This document shows positions 25,719-35,618 of a stretch of DNA of 59,603 bases, one piece after another. Each line of letters begins with the position of its first letter. The stretch's first letter is position 1. The notes beneath the pieces are model-generated. The model saw only the letters and a program-made list of their open reading frames with translations, was not told where the DNA came from and searched no databases. The position numbers and the translations under genes are program-made. Origin of the DNA: Clostridia bacterium (GTDB lineage Bacteria; Bacillota; Clostridia; TANB77; CAG-465); NCBI GenBank assembly GCA_045637095.1, contig JAZTYX010000045.1, positions 1 through 59,603 on the forward strand, written 5' to 3'.

Positions 25719-25783
25719 TTGTTTAATTTTGCCTTAAATTTATTATTATTATATAAAATTATTGCTTTTGTGATAGTTTTATA

Positions 25784-26104
25784 TTATTCAACAAAACTAT
25801 CTTTTACATCTTTAACAAATTTTTTAACTAGAGATAATTGTTTATCTGTTAATTCTAGTTCGTCAGCTTCGCAAACTTGGCATGTTAAAGATTCAGCAAA
25901 TAATACATCTAAACTAATACCTAAAACATTAGATAATCTAATAGCTGTTGTTATACTAGGCGCTTTGATGCCTCTTTCAATATCGCCCAAGAAATTTTGT
26001 GAAACACCAACTTCTTCAGCTAAAGCGTATTGAGTTAAATCTAATTTTAATCTGCCTTGTTTAATTCTTTTGCCTAACATTTCTAAATTTAAATATGATG
26101 TCAT
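25784..26104 (-). CDS. XRE-family HTH transcriptional regulator
   Basis: LTQYALAEEVGVSQNFLGDIERG helix-turn-helix. RBS gaggtga. Confidence 0.8.
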   Translation of the reverse strand: MTSYLNLEMLGKRIKQGRLKLDLTQYALAEEVGVSQNFLGDIERGIKAPSITTAIRLSNVLGISLDVLFAESLTCQVCEADELELTDKQLSLVKKFVKDVKDSFVE

Positions 26105-26194
26105 TTTTTATCACCTCACACCTACAGTATAACTATACACTATGTGAGTGTAAAACAAAACAAGCACTTTGTGTGTAAAGCAACACAATTACGA

Positions 26195-26581
26195 CTAATT
26201 TAAATAAGAAATAGCATTAGCTGTAGCAAAATCCTTAATATGAGAGATGCTTACATCTATAATTAAGTTGCATTCTTCTTGCATTTTGCTAATATTAGGT
26301 TTTAGTATGTTAACAACAGGTCTATTTTTATTAGTTTTATCGTTTAATATTTCTATTTCACTTAGACTTACAGTGTTATCTATTTTTGAAAGGCTTTTGT
26401 AAATTGCTTCTTTTGCAGCAAATCTTCCTGCGTAGTGAATAAAACGTGTAACATCTGGTTTTTTATCTGCATATTCTATTTCAAGGGGTGTAAATACTTT
26501 CTCCTTAAATCCAGGGGTAGATAGTATTGCTTTTTTTACACGCTCAACTTCAATTATATCTGTTCCACAAAAATAATTCAT
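26195..26581 (-). CDS. acpS: Holo-[acyl-carrier-protein] synthase (4'-phosphopantetheinyl transferase)
   Basis: 128 aa. GTDIIEVERV N-terminal motif, FAAKEAIYK, ISISH-like VSISHIKDFA. Confidence 0.85.
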   Translation of the reverse strand: MNYFCGTDIIEVERVKKAILSTPGFKEKVFTPLEIEYADKKPDVTRFIHYAGRFAAKEAIYKSLSKIDNTVSLSEIEILNDKTNKNRPVVNILKPNISKMQEECNLIIDVSISHIKDFATANAISYLN

Positions 26582-26620
26582 AATTCCTCCGAAAAATCTA
26601 TATAAATTTTAACATAATAC

Positions 26621-26649
26621 TTGCAATTTTTCAATAAATATATTATAAT
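26621..26649 (+). promoter_or_regulatory. Sigma-A-type promoter for tRNA-Pro
   Basis: TTGCAA (26621-26626), 17-nt spacer, TATAAT (26644-26649), 12 nt before the tRNA 5' end. Confidence 0.6.
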
Positions 26650-26660
26650 ACTATTCGTAT

Positions 26661-26736
26661 CGGGGTGTAGCTCAGTTGGTAGAGCGCGTGGTTTGGGACC
26701 ATGAGGTCGCAGGTTCGGGTCCTGTCACTCCGACCA
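26661..26736 (+). tRNA. tRNA-Pro (anticodon UGG), CCA encoded
   Basis: CGGGGTG acceptor paired with CACTCCG. Anticodon arm CGTGG-TTTGGGA-CCATG. T-arm GCAGGTTCGGGTCCTGT. Confidence 0.9.
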
Positions 26737-26740
26737 CATT

Positions 26741-26764
26741 GAAGGCGAAAGCCTTCTTTTTTTG
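26741..26764 (+). terminator. Terminator after tRNA-Pro
   Basis: gaaggc-gaaa-gccttc followed by TTTTTTT. A second hairpin, aaaaccccca/tgggggtttt (26770-26797), serves the convergent minus-strand gene. Confidence 0.7.
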
Positions 26765-26797
26765 TTAATAAAACCCCCAGATTTTCTGGGGGTTTTA

Positions 26798-27340
26798 TTA
26801 ATCTATTGTATCTATAAGCATATTGTTTACGTATATGCCAACAAGAACCATCTTACCATTTTTAACTCTTACTTTAACATAAGCGTTATCTATATTGTCA
26901 TTAAGATATTTCTCTGCTGCTAAAGATTTGTTTTCGTTCATATAATATCTTGTAGGAGTTTCGATAGAATACTCTTTAGCCCAAGAATAATATGAAGCAG
27001 TTGTTTCATAGTAATTAGTTGTATTAGTTGGACGTTCTTTGCTAATGTTTTTGAAATATGCAAATCCATTAGGACGTACGCCTATAGTAACAAAGCATGG
27101 ATCGTTATAATCTAGTTCTAAGAAGTTAGAATATGCAGGTACTGCATCTTCTTTGAAAGTTACGCGTAGGTAATTTCCTCTAAACATATCATATGGATCG
27201 TATGCTTGTACTTCGAAGATAAATTCTGTTCCATCCTTAAGTGTATTTGAGTTTATAGCTATTGTATATATTGGTATAAAGAATAGCATAAACGTTGTAA
27301 TTACATAAATAACAAATTTTTTGAACGGTAATTTAATCAT
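26798..27340 (-). CDS. GDYXXLXY-domain protein
   Basis: Start trimmed to MIKLPF (RBS ggagg; its ATG at 27340-27338 lies within the last codons of the upstream gene, whose TAA stop is at 27335-27333, an 8-nt overlap). N-terminal TM. DPYDMFRGNYLRVTF fits the GDYxxLxY motif region. Confidence 0.6.
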   Translation of the reverse strand: MIKLPFKKFVIYVITTFMLFFIPIYTIAINSNTLKDGTEFIFEVQAYDPYDMFRGNYLRVTFKEDAVPAYSNFLELDYNDPCFVTIGVRPNGFAYFKNISKERPTNTTNYYETTASYYSWAKEYSIETPTRYYMNENKSLAAEKYLNDNIDNAYVKVRVKNGKMVLVGIYVNNMLIDTID

Positions 27341-28565
27341 TTTTATTACCTCCAATCTTTTTCTTAATAACTTTTCCACTTAGCAAGAAGCATGTACCAG
27401 CTATTAAGAATAATACACTCTTAACACCAAAGCTTAGTTCTGCGCTAATAAACCTAAACATTATTATTAATAGAACTAAAGACACACCTTGTTTGATTTC
27501 TGGGTAAGAATTCATTTGGTTTCCAATAACAATCTTGTATATTCCAAGGCAAATTGCAATTAGATTTACCAATACAAATAAAAGTTCCGCTTGTATACCA
27601 GAAAATTGTGCTAATGCTATAAATGCAAATACAAAATATTCTTTTGGATTTTTATAAGCTTCAGATAAGTATACAAATACGCCAGCTAAAGCTGCAAATA
27701 ACAATGTATCAATATGTATAACTAATTCTTCTGTAAATTCTAGCATTTCTGCACTTGTACACGATAGTAACATGTAAAACATAAATGCAAAAGATAATAC
27801 TTTGTTTAATGGATTGTTCTTATCAAATAATGTTTGAGTTAAGAAATATAACATGTATAAGTACATTAGAATAGATTCTGGATTTATCCATTCTTTGTGT
27901 GATATAAACAATGTAACAAGTATTACATTTGTAATCCACATTAGAATGTTTCTATCATCGTTTTTGTCTTTTCTGTAATTAATAAAGTTAGCTATAAGTA
28001 TAGGTAAAGCCAATATAAATGTTTTTAGTAATGCTTCACTTTCAGCTGTATATGAATTTATAGCTACAAGCGAATATATTACAGTTCCTACGCTATATAC
28101 AATAACTGAAAGTTTGTTAAATAATATAAATGCAATAGGTAAAAACATTAACAGAGATGTAAAGAATAATTCATATATTTCTGTTTGTATATGGAATATT
28201 TGTGCTATAAGTGAATTTGTTGCCAGTATAGATACTGGTGCAAATATACTTGTATATAATTGTAACTTTTTATTTCCTTTATGCATATATTCGTGCAACA
28301 TATATGCTGTTATAGCTATAGGAATAAAAGAAATAATAACCTTTATACCCTTGGCTATATTGTTCCAATTCATTGCAAATAATGTAATTATACTAAGTGC
28401 AATTAAGAATATGCCTATTGCACCAAAAACAGTGGACAAAGATTTACTTTCTTTCTTAGTTCCAAAATGTTTTTGTGCGGCAATAAATTGTACATCTGTA
28501 ATAATACCATTATCTACAAGTTCGGTTAATTTAGAATTCAAAAAATTGGTTTCTTTTTTATTCAT
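27333..28565 (-). CDS. Polytopic membrane protein (DUF2157-like), partner of the GDYXXLXY protein
   Basis: About 11 hydrophobic helices. Translationally coupled to the downstream GDYXXLXY gene, a pairing I recall as typical. Confidence 0.5.
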   Translation of the reverse strand: MNKKETNFLNSKLTELVDNGIITDVQFIAAQKHFGTKKESKSLSTVFGAIGIFLIALSIITLFAMNWNNIAKGIKVIISFIPIAITAYMLHEYMHKGNKKLQLYTSIFAPVSILATNSLIAQIFHIQTEIYELFFTSLLMFLPIAFILFNKLSVIVYSVGTVIYSLVAINSYTAESEALLKTFILALPILIANFINYRKDKNDDRNILMWITNVILVTLFISHKEWINPESILMYLYMLYFLTQTLFDKNNPLNKVLSFAFMFYMLLSCTSAEMLEFTEELVIHIDTLLFAALAGVFVYLSEAYKNPKEYFVFAFIALAQFSGIQAELLFVLVNLIAICLGIYKIVIGNQMNSYPEIKQGVSLVLLIIMFRFISAELSFGVKSVLFLIAGTCFLLSGKVIKKKIGGNKND

Positions 28566-28591
28566 AATTCCTCCTTTGTAAAATACTTACC

Positions 28592-28879
28592 TTACAGTTG
28601 AGAAGGATTTTGATATAACTCTTCTAAGTTAGTTATAAAATCTGTGTATTCTTGATCTTCATAACCAATATGGATTACTTCGTCTATATCATCATGGTAG
28701 AAAAGATATTGATTTCCAACGCCGATATTGCCCATCGGATATGGAACTGCAATATAATCATATTGATCGCCATCTTCTAATCCATTAGATTGTAGTATTC
28801 CAAATATCATTAATTTTTGTTCTGAGTCATCTAGGGTAACAATTGAACCTAGTGGCAATAAATCACTAATATTTCTCAT
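28592..28879 (-). CDS. DUF4176-like small protein
   Basis: LPLGSIVTL...KLMIFG...DYIAVPYPMG pattern typical of DUF4176. Confidence 0.55.
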   Translation of the reverse strand: MRNISDLLPLGSIVTLDDSEQKLMIFGILQSNGLEDGDQYDYIAVPYPMGNIGVGNQYLFYHDDIDEVIHIGYEDQEYTDFITNLEELYQNPSQL

Positions 28880-29027
28880 ATAATACGCCTCCTATTAAGA
28901 AATAATTCATCAATTTCATTATAACAGAAAACGAATAAATATGTAAAGCGTAGGACTAATATTAATCGCTCTTTTTAGTTTGTGTATATCTTAAGTTTGT
29001 GGTATAATATATATATGAGGTGGTAAT

Positions 29028-29795
29028 ATGTTAAGCAGAGTAGAAATTGTAGAAATTTTAACTAATATGACTACAGAAGAAAACAAAGGAAGAATAGAAG
29101 AATTAATGGGTAAGATAGACAGAATATCTGATGAAGAACTAGAAAAAATATTAAAAGAAAGAAAAATAAAAAGCGCAAAAGATGTTAAAAAAGTTGTAGA
29201 AGGTAAAGAAAAGAAACCTATAATGACAAGACATAAATTTGAAAAACTAAATGATGTAGTTTCATTTGGTATAACAAATGAAACGTTACATGTTCATTTG
29301 GTTCCTAAAGATGCACATCACATGTTAACTAGAGAAGGACGCAAGGAAGCACAAATGGCTTTAATAGATGCGATGGAAAAAATAAAAGAAAAACTTGCTG
29401 GAGACAAAAAATACGAAAGAGTACAACATGTTTATGCAGTATCTCCAATAATGACAGGAATAGTTTCCAGATGGTTTAAGGAACTTGGTTTTGATGTAAA
29501 GACATTACCAATGGAACAAGCAAAAGAGGATGAAGAGTTAGCAAAATTCACTGAAAGATTTGATGGGGCACAAAAGTTGGGAAGAGCAAATTTAACTAAA
29601 GAAGAACTTATGACGGAAGAATGGGAGCAAAGAAAAGATGAAACAAAAGCAAAACTTGCACCATCAAAAGACGGTGGTTTAATAGAAACACTTCAAACAA
29701 TGACAAATACTGACCAAGAAATAGTAGAAGCGTCTGATGAAATAGATGCAAGAATGCCAGAAACTCGCGAAGACAGAACAGAAGTTATAGAATAA
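29028..29795 (+). CDS. Hypothetical protein (charged, K/E-rich)
   Basis: Long ORF with RBS gaggtgg. No motif recognised. Confidence 0.5.
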   Translation: MLSRVEIVEILTNMTTEENKGRIEELMGKIDRISDEELEKILKERKIKSAKDVKKVVEGKEKKPIMTRHKFEKLNDVVSFGITNETLHVHLVPKDAHHMLTREGRKEAQMALIDAMEKIKEKLAGDKKYERVQHVYAVSPIMTGIVSRWFKELGFDVKTLPMEQAKEDEELAKFTERFDGAQKLGRANLTKEELMTEEWEQRKDETKAKLAPSKDGGLIETLQTMTNTDQEIVEASDEIDARMPETREDRTEVIE

Positions 29796-29810
29796 ATAAT
29801 CAAAATAAAA

Positions 29811-29836
29811 AACGGAGATGATTCTCCGTTTTTCTT
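29811..29836 (+). terminator. Rho-independent terminator
   Basis: aacggaga-tgat-tctccgtt followed by TTTT. Confidence 0.65.
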
Positions 29837-29855
29837 CGTTTTAAACTAATATAAA

Positions 29856-30443
29856 TTAAGTGTCCGAACTAAGCAGGGCTTCTATTAATGATAGTGTATT
29901 GCTAGCTTTTGCCACGTGAATAGTGTGGATAATGCCAACGTTATTTGCACCAGCGATGTTTTCTAAAGTATCATCAACAAAGCAAATTTCTTCAGGCGAA
30001 ACCGCAAGCTTATCCATCATTTTTTGGTAGAATTCAGCTTCTGGTTTAACCGTGTTTAACTCTGCTGAGATAAAAATTTCATCAAATAAATCTTGTCCAA
30101 AGGCTTTCAAAATAAATTCTTTAACACAAGATATGTGGTTTGTAGCAACTACAAGCTTGATATCTTTGTGTTGTTCTTTGAACTTGCTAAGTTCACCTAA
30201 TGTTATTTTTAATGAGTAGATTGAACTACATATATATTTACATCTTTCTTTAAGACTGTTAATGTCCAGATTTGGAACGATTTCAGTTGCTTGACTTGAA
30301 AATTCAAAATCGCTTTTGTTTTTACCAAACAACCTTTCTAGTTTTTCATTAGTTTTATCTAAAACGAAGTCGTTTTCTTTTACAAGTACCCCGACTAAAT
30401 CGAGTGCGATAACTTTTATCAAATTAATCACCTTGCTAATCAT
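29856..30443 (-). CDS. HAD-superfamily hydrolase
   Basis: N-terminal VIALDLVGVLV (motif I-like), VVATNH (motif II region), FVDDTLENI (motif IV). Confidence 0.6.
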   Translation of the reverse strand: MISKVINLIKVIALDLVGVLVKENDFVLDKTNEKLERLFGKNKSDFEFSSQATEIVPNLDINSLKERCKYICSSIYSLKITLGELSKFKEQHKDIKLVVATNHISCVKEFILKAFGQDLFDEIFISAELNTVKPEAEFYQKMMDKLAVSPEEICFVDDTLENIAGANNVGIIHTIHVAKASNTLSLIEALLSSDT

Positions 30444-30537
30444 TATACCACAAAAAAATAAAAATGGAATATCAAAATCAAATTATGTGAAATTAAATTA
30501 AATATTAAAACAAAGGCTTTTGCAGCAAGCTTTTTAA

Positions 30538-30566
30538 TTGACAAACTGCCTATTCTATGAGATAAT
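30538..30566 (+). promoter_or_regulatory. Sigma-A-type promoter upstream of metG
   Basis: TTGACA (30538-30543), 17-nt spacer, GATAAT (30561-30566). Confidence 0.55.
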
Positions 30567-30617
30567 TATATGCAGTGAAAAAGGTGTAAAAACATCGTGA
30601 AACAAGGAGGAGTTAAT

Positions 30618-32546
30618 ATGACAGAAAAAGAAAAATTTTATATAACAACAGCGATAGCATACACGTCTAAAAAACCTCATATAGGAAATACATATGAGAT
30701 AATTTTAACAGACGCTATAGCGAGATTTAAAAAGATGCAAGGTAAAGACGTATTCATGTTAACTGGAACAGATGAACACGGCCAAAAAATACAAGAATTA
30801 GCTGAAAAAGCAGGAATCGCTCCAAAGGCATATGTAGATAATGTTGCAGGAGAAATAAAAAGAATATGGGATTTAATGAATGTAGAATACGATCATTTTG
30901 TTCGTACAACAGACGATTACCATGAAGAGACTGTACAAAAAATATTTAAGAAACTTTATGATCAAGGGGATATATATCTTGGAGAATATGAAGGAATGTA
31001 TTGTACTCCATGTGAATCATTCTTTACAGAATCTCAATTAGTAGATGGAAAATGCCCAGATTGTGGCAGAGAAGTTAAACCTGCAAAAGAAGAAGCATAT
31101 TTCTTAAAATGCAGCAAATACCAAGATAAATTAATAGAGTACATTGAATCACATCCTGGATTTATTGAACCAGAATCTAGAAAGAAAGAAATAATGAACA
31201 ATTTCTTAAAAGCAGGTCTTCAAGACTTATGTGTTTCTAGAACATCATTTACTTGGGGAATACCAGTAAGCTTTAATCCAAAACATGTAACTTATGTTTG
31301 GATAGATGCTTTAACAAACTATATAACAGCATTAGGATATAAATTAGATTCAAAATCTGAGTTATACAACAAAAACTGGCCAGCAGATGTACATGTAATT
31401 GGTAAAGATATATTAAGATTCCATTCAATATATTGGCCAATAATATTAATGGCTCTAGGTGAACCATTACCTAAGAAAATATATGCTCACGGTTGGATGC
31501 TATTTGGTGAAGATAAGATGAGTAAATCTAAAGGAAACGTAATCTATGCAGATGAACTTGCAGAAGAATTTGGCGTAGATGCAGTTAGATATTATTCTTT
31601 ATCTGAAATGCCATATGCACAAGACGGAAGCATAACTTACGAAGCGGTAATATCTAGATATAATTCAGATCTTGCTAACACACTAGGAAACCTTGTAAAC
31701 AGAACTGTAGCAATGGTAAATAAATACTTTGAAGGAACTGTATATTTACCAGGAGAAGAAACTGAGATAGACAAAGACCTTAAAGCATTTGTTAAAAATG
31801 CAGTAGATACATACATTACAAAGATGGATGAATATAAAGTAGCAGAAGCTATTGAATGTGCAATGGATTTAGCAAGAAGAAGTAACAAGTACATAGATGA
31901 AACAACTCCATGGACGCTTGCAAAAGAAGATACAGAAAGATTAAAAACAGTATTATTTAATCTTCTTGAATCTATTAAGATTATTGCAACATTACTATTC
32001 CCAGTAATGCCAGAGACAGCTAATAAGATAGCAGAACAAATAAATGTAGAAGCTTTAACATTAGAAGCTGCTAAAGAATTTGGCGTTAATGCAACTGAAA
32101 GAAAAGTAGGAGTAGCAACTCCGTTATTTGCAAGAATAGATGAAAAGGTAAAATTAGAAGAATTAACTAAAAAGATGGAAGCTAAAAAAGAGCCAGTTAA
32201 AGAAATGCCAAAAGATATTAAAGAGGAAATAACTTTTGATGAATTTGGTAAAACTGAACTTAGAGTAGCTAAAATTCTTACAGCAGAAAGAATAGAAGGT
32301 GCAAACAAGTTATACAAAATAACTGTAGATCTTGGATATGAACAAAGAACAGTAGTATCTGGACTTGTGCCATATTATAAAGAAGATGAATTAATAGGTA
32401 AAAAAGTAATACTTGTTGCAAACTTAAAACCTGCTAAATTAAGAGGAATAGAATCTAGGGGAATGATACTAGCAGCTGGTGAAGGAGACAATGTTAAGCT
32501 TGTAACAGTTGATGGAGATATGGAACTTGGTTCTATTGTATGTTAA
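30618..32546 (+). CDS. metG: Methionine--tRNA ligase with C-terminal tRNA-binding (Trbp111/EMAP-like) domain
   Basis: Start trimmed to MTEKEKFY (RBS aggagg). HIGN motif (KPHIGNTYE), KMSKS (DKMSKSKGN), zinc knuckle CTPCE...CPDCG. Confidence 0.95.
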   Translation: MTEKEKFYITTAIAYTSKKPHIGNTYEIILTDAIARFKKMQGKDVFMLTGTDEHGQKIQELAEKAGIAPKAYVDNVAGEIKRIWDLMNVEYDHFVRTTDDYHEETVQKIFKKLYDQGDIYLGEYEGMYCTPCESFFTESQLVDGKCPDCGREVKPAKEEAYFLKCSKYQDKLIEYIESHPGFIEPESRKKEIMNNFLKAGLQDLCVSRTSFTWGIPVSFNPKHVTYVWIDALTNYITALGYKLDSKSELYNKNWPADVHVIGKDILRFHSIYWPIILMALGEPLPKKIYAHGWMLFGEDKMSKSKGNVIYADELAEEFGVDAVRYYSLSEMPYAQDGSITYEAVISRYNSDLANTLGNLVNRTVAMVNKYFEGTVYLPGEETEIDKDLKAFVKNAVDTYITKMDEYKVAEAIECAMDLARRSNKYIDETTPWTLAKEDTERLKTVLFNLLESIKIIATLLFPVMPETANKIAEQINVEALTLEAAKEFGVNATERKVGVATPLFARIDEKVKLEELTKKMEAKKEPVKEMPKDIKEEITFDEFGKTELRVAKILTAERIEGANKLYKITVDLGYEQRTVVSGLVPYYKEDELIGKKVILVANLKPAKLRGIESRGMILAAGEGDNVKLVTVDGDMELGSIVC

Positions 32547-32558
32547 GGAGAAAATAAA

Positions 32559-33176
32559 TTGAAAACCAGTTGGATAAAAGAGACTGTGGAATGGATAGTT
32601 TGTTTTATAATTGCATACGCAATATATTTAGGAATAAATTATTTTATAGGTACAATTGCGGGAGTAAAACAAAGTTCTATGTATCCAACATGTCTTGAAG
32701 GAGATAGAGTTGTAATAGGAAGAAGAGTACTATACAACAAAGAATTAAAAAGAGGAGATATAGTAATAGTAGAATCTCCATCTGTAACAGAAAACAATGC
32801 AAATCCACTTGCGACTTATGAGACAAAGACAGGTTTTGCTAAATTCGCATATAACGTAATGGGAATTGGTAAAATGAGCTTCATAAAAAGAGTAATAGGA
32901 CTTCCGGGTGAGCATTTGTTTATAGCCGAAGACGGATATGTTTATATAAATGGCGAGAAATTAGATGAACCATATTTAACAGATGGCTTAAAAACTCCAA
33001 GAACAGGTGATATATATGACATAGTAATACCAGAAGGTTATGTCTTTACTATAGGAGATAATCGAGAGGGAAGTATGGATTGTAGAATATTTGGAGCCGT
33101 ACCTTTAGACAGAGTAGAAGGTAAAGTTATAGGTAGAATATGGCCATTAAATAGATTTGGTAAAATAGATAAATAA
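32559..33176 (+). CDS. lepB: Signal peptidase I (TTG start)
   Basis: SSMYPT catalytic Ser box, RGDIVIV, GDNREGSMDCR box E. Confidence 0.85.
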   Translation: MKTSWIKETVEWIVCFIIAYAIYLGINYFIGTIAGVKQSSMYPTCLEGDRVVIGRRVLYNKELKRGDIVIVESPSVTENNANPLATYETKTGFAKFAYNVMGIGKMSFIKRVIGLPGEHLFIAEDGYVYINGEKLDEPYLTDGLKTPRTGDIYDIVIPEGYVFTIGDNREGSMDCRIFGAVPLDRVEGKVIGRIWPLNRFGKIDK

Positions 33177-33186
33177 GGAGAAAGAT

Positions 33187-34014
33187 ATGTTTGAGAAAAT
33201 AATAGGACATGATGAGTCGAAACAAATATTAGAAAATGACATCGCAAATGACAAAGTTTCTCACGCATATCTTTTTTCTGGAATAGAAGGAATAGGGAAA
33301 AAAGAACTTGCATTAGAATTTGCTAAAATATTATTAAATACGGAGCATTTAAATGCTTGTATAGACTTTAAATTGATAGAGAAAGCAGTAGACAAGCAAG
33401 ATGTAACAGTAGAACAAATTAGAAAGCAATTAGCAGATGATGTATATATAGCCCCAGCTACATGCGATAGAAAAGTGTATATAATAAACGATGCACATTT
33501 AATGAACCCTTCTGGTCAAAATGCAATTCTTAAAACGTTAGAAGAGCCACCACCTTATGTAGTAATAATTTTAATTACACATAAAGAGCAAGAACTGCTA
33601 ACAACAGTTATGTCTAGAGTCAATAAGATTAAGTTTAATAAACTAACACCGGAAGATTTAGACATATTAACTACTAAAGTACTTGGTAACAAATTAGATG
33701 TGTTACAACATGAATATGCGGATGGTTCATTAAAAATTGCATTAGAACTATTAAAAGATAACAATAAATATGATAAAATAAAGATATGTGTAGATAAAAT
33801 AAAGTTTAATGATAAATATGGTGCTCTTAAAGCTCTTGAAGAAATAGACTTTAAGGATGATGAAACATTTAGATATTTTGAATACATATTTTTGAAAAAT
33901 AAGATGTATAATCTCGTGCCTGTAGTTGAAAAACTAAAAACACGCATGGAACAAAACGGAAGCGAGGATATGATAAAAACAGCTTTTGTTATTAATATTT
34001 TAAGAAAGGAGTAG
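33187..34014 (+). CDS. holB: DNA polymerase III subunit delta'
   Basis: HAYLFSGIEGIGKKELA (degenerate P-loop) and IINDAHLMNPSGQNAILKTLEEPP. Confidence 0.85.
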   Translation: MFEKIIGHDESKQILENDIANDKVSHAYLFSGIEGIGKKELALEFAKILLNTEHLNACIDFKLIEKAVDKQDVTVEQIRKQLADDVYIAPATCDRKVYIINDAHLMNPSGQNAILKTLEEPPPYVVIILITHKEQELLTTVMSRVNKIKFNKLTPEDLDILTTKVLGNKLDVLQHEYADGSLKIALELLKDNNKYDKIKICVDKIKFNDKYGALKALEEIDFKDDETFRYFEYIFLKNKMYNLVPVVEKLKTRMEQNGSEDMIKTAFVINILRKE

Positions 34015-34016
34015 CT

Positions 34017-34880
34017 ATGGAAGAATTATTAGGTGTAAGATTTACCAAAACCGGAAAACTACATTATTTCTATAAAAACAATCTAGATGTGAAAGTAGGA
34101 GATATGGTAGTTGCTAATTCTGAAAGAGGATTAGATTTAGCTAGAGTAGTAAGTATAATAAATAAAGAAAGTATAAAACTAGAAGAAGGCGATTCGATTG
34201 AAAAAATAGAAAGAATAGCTACTAAAGAAGATATAGAAAAACAAAGAAGTTTGGATAACAAAGCCAGAAATGTTCTAGATACATGTAAAAAACTTGCTAA
34301 AAGATATAATTTAGAAATGAAATTTATAAAGGCTTCATATACTTTTGATGAGAGCAAATTAACTTGTTATTTTGTAGCAGAAGATAGAGTGGATTTTAGA
34401 GAAGTTGTAAAAAGTTTGGCTGCTGAATATAGAACTAGAATCGAATTAAGACAAGTAGGGCCAAGGGATGAAATAAAAGCCTATGATAACATAGGAAGTT
34501 GTGGTAAGGAAGTATGTTGCAGAACATTCTTACCGGATTTTGAAACAGTAAATATTAAGATGGCTAAAGAACAAGGTTTACAAATAAATATGCAAAAATT
34601 ATCTGGAAACTGCGGTAGACTTAAATGCTGTTTGAAATATGAAGAAGAAGTATATAAAGAAAAACTAAAGGAATTACCTAAAGTTAATGCTATTGTAAAA
34701 TACAACGGAGAAACTTGTAAAGTAGTATCTTTAGATATATTAAAAGAAAGAGTAAGACTAAAAATAGGTCCACAAGGCGAAGAACGTTTCGAAATGGTTG
34801 ATGTAAAAGAAATAGAATTTGAACCAAGAAAAATAGAAAACAAAGAGCCTAAAAAAGAAGAAAATGAAGTAACAGGATAA
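34017..34880 (+). CDS. yaaT: PSP1-domain protein (stage 0 sporulation protein YaaT/RicT-like)
   Basis: Conserved position after holB. Cys cluster GSCGKEVCCRTFL...GNCGRLKCCLKYE. Confidence 0.8.
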   Translation: MEELLGVRFTKTGKLHYFYKNNLDVKVGDMVVANSERGLDLARVVSIINKESIKLEEGDSIEKIERIATKEDIEKQRSLDNKARNVLDTCKKLAKRYNLEMKFIKASYTFDESKLTCYFVAEDRVDFREVVKSLAAEYRTRIELRQVGPRDEIKAYDNIGSCGKEVCCRTFLPDFETVNIKMAKEQGLQINMQKLSGNCGRLKCCLKYEEEVYKEKLKELPKVNAIVKYNGETCKVVSLDILKERVRLKIGPQGEERFEMVDVKEIEFEPRKIENKEPKKEENEVTG

Positions 34881-34924
34881 GAAGAAAATATTATATAAAT
34901 ATAAGAGGGAAGGGAGTGAAAATT

Positions 34925-35098
34925 ATGGCATATAGAATAAGCGATGATTGTATAGGATGTGGAGCTTGTATGGCTGAATGTCCAGTAGGTGCAATTTCTG
35001 AAGGTGACGGCAAATGCGTTATAGATCCAGAAAAATGCATAGGTTGTGGAACATGTGCAGGTGTTTGCCCAGTAGGAGCACCATCTGAAGAAGAATAA
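34925..35098 (+). CDS. fdx: 2x[4Fe-4S] clostridial-type ferredoxin
   Basis: MAYRISDDCIGCGACMAECP and CIGCGTCAGVCP motifs. Start at the ATG with RBS aagggag. Confidence 0.9.
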   Translation: MAYRISDDCIGCGACMAECPVGAISEGDGKCVIDPEKCIGCGTCAGVCPVGAPSEEE

Positions 35099-35107
35099 TA
35101 AAACAAT

Positions 35108-35137
35108 AAAGCACTTTGTAATATTACAAAGTGCTTT
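35108..35137. terminator. Bidirectional hairpin aaagcactttgtaat/attacaaagtgcttt
   Basis: 15-bp perfect palindrome between convergent genes. Confidence 0.7.
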
Positions 35138-35141
35138 ATTA

Positions 35142-35603
35142 TTAATGTCTGAATTTAAATAAATCTAAAGTCTTATGATATATTTTTTTATACCATGGCT
35201 CTTTTGGAATCTCTATTAGTTGGTTAGAAACAGAATTAGAAAGAACTATATCTTCGCCTGTTATAACCGCAGAACTATTAAACATTCCTGAAGCATCGGC
35301 TTGAGATAACCCCAATGTTTCGGAATATAATCTAGCTTCTTTTTCTTTATCTATAAGTAATCTTCTTTCTTCTGGTGAAGTTAAGAAATCTCTATATAAT
35401 AAAGCTAATATTGCTTGAGTATTAGGCATTAAATTGTCTTCCCAGTTTTCACTTAAGAAATCTATTTTAGCCACATAATCTTTAGATTTATTTGTGTTAA
35501 ACAAATCTATTAATCTTGTTGGTATTTTTTCTAAAACGGTAGCAGAAGAGTGGTTCAATACTTCAACTACTTCAACAAATGATTCTTGATATTCTTTTGT
35601 CAT
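35142..35603 (-). CDS. Hypothetical protein
   Basis: 153-aa ORF with RBS. No motif recognised. Confidence 0.5.
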   Translation of the reverse strand: MTKEYQESFVEVVEVLNHSSATVLEKIPTRLIDLFNTNKSKDYVAKIDFLSENWEDNLMPNTQAILALLYRDFLTSPEERRLLIDKEKEARLYSETLGLSQADASGMFNSSAVITGEDIVLSNSVSNQLIEIPKEPWYKKIYHKTLDLFKFRH

Positions 35604-35618
35604 ATTTTATCTCCCTTG

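Noticed and set aside
20166-26660. The whole interval between the tRNA-Lys and tRNA-Pro loci as an integrative conjugative element
   Set aside because: There is no integrase/recombinase, relaxase, VirB4 or att-like repeat, and no compositional shift. acpS, a housekeeping gene, lies inside the interval. Only the narrower T4SS-like module is reported.
28592-28879. DUF4176-like gene as a marker of a type VII secretion locus
   Set aside because: No EssC, EsxA or other T7SS components lie nearby. This is an isolated small gene.
30444-30617. T-box riboswitch upstream of metG
   Set aside because: The distance from the predicted -10 to the ATG is only about 50 nt, far too short for a T-box leader. 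No specifier or T-box sequence was seen.
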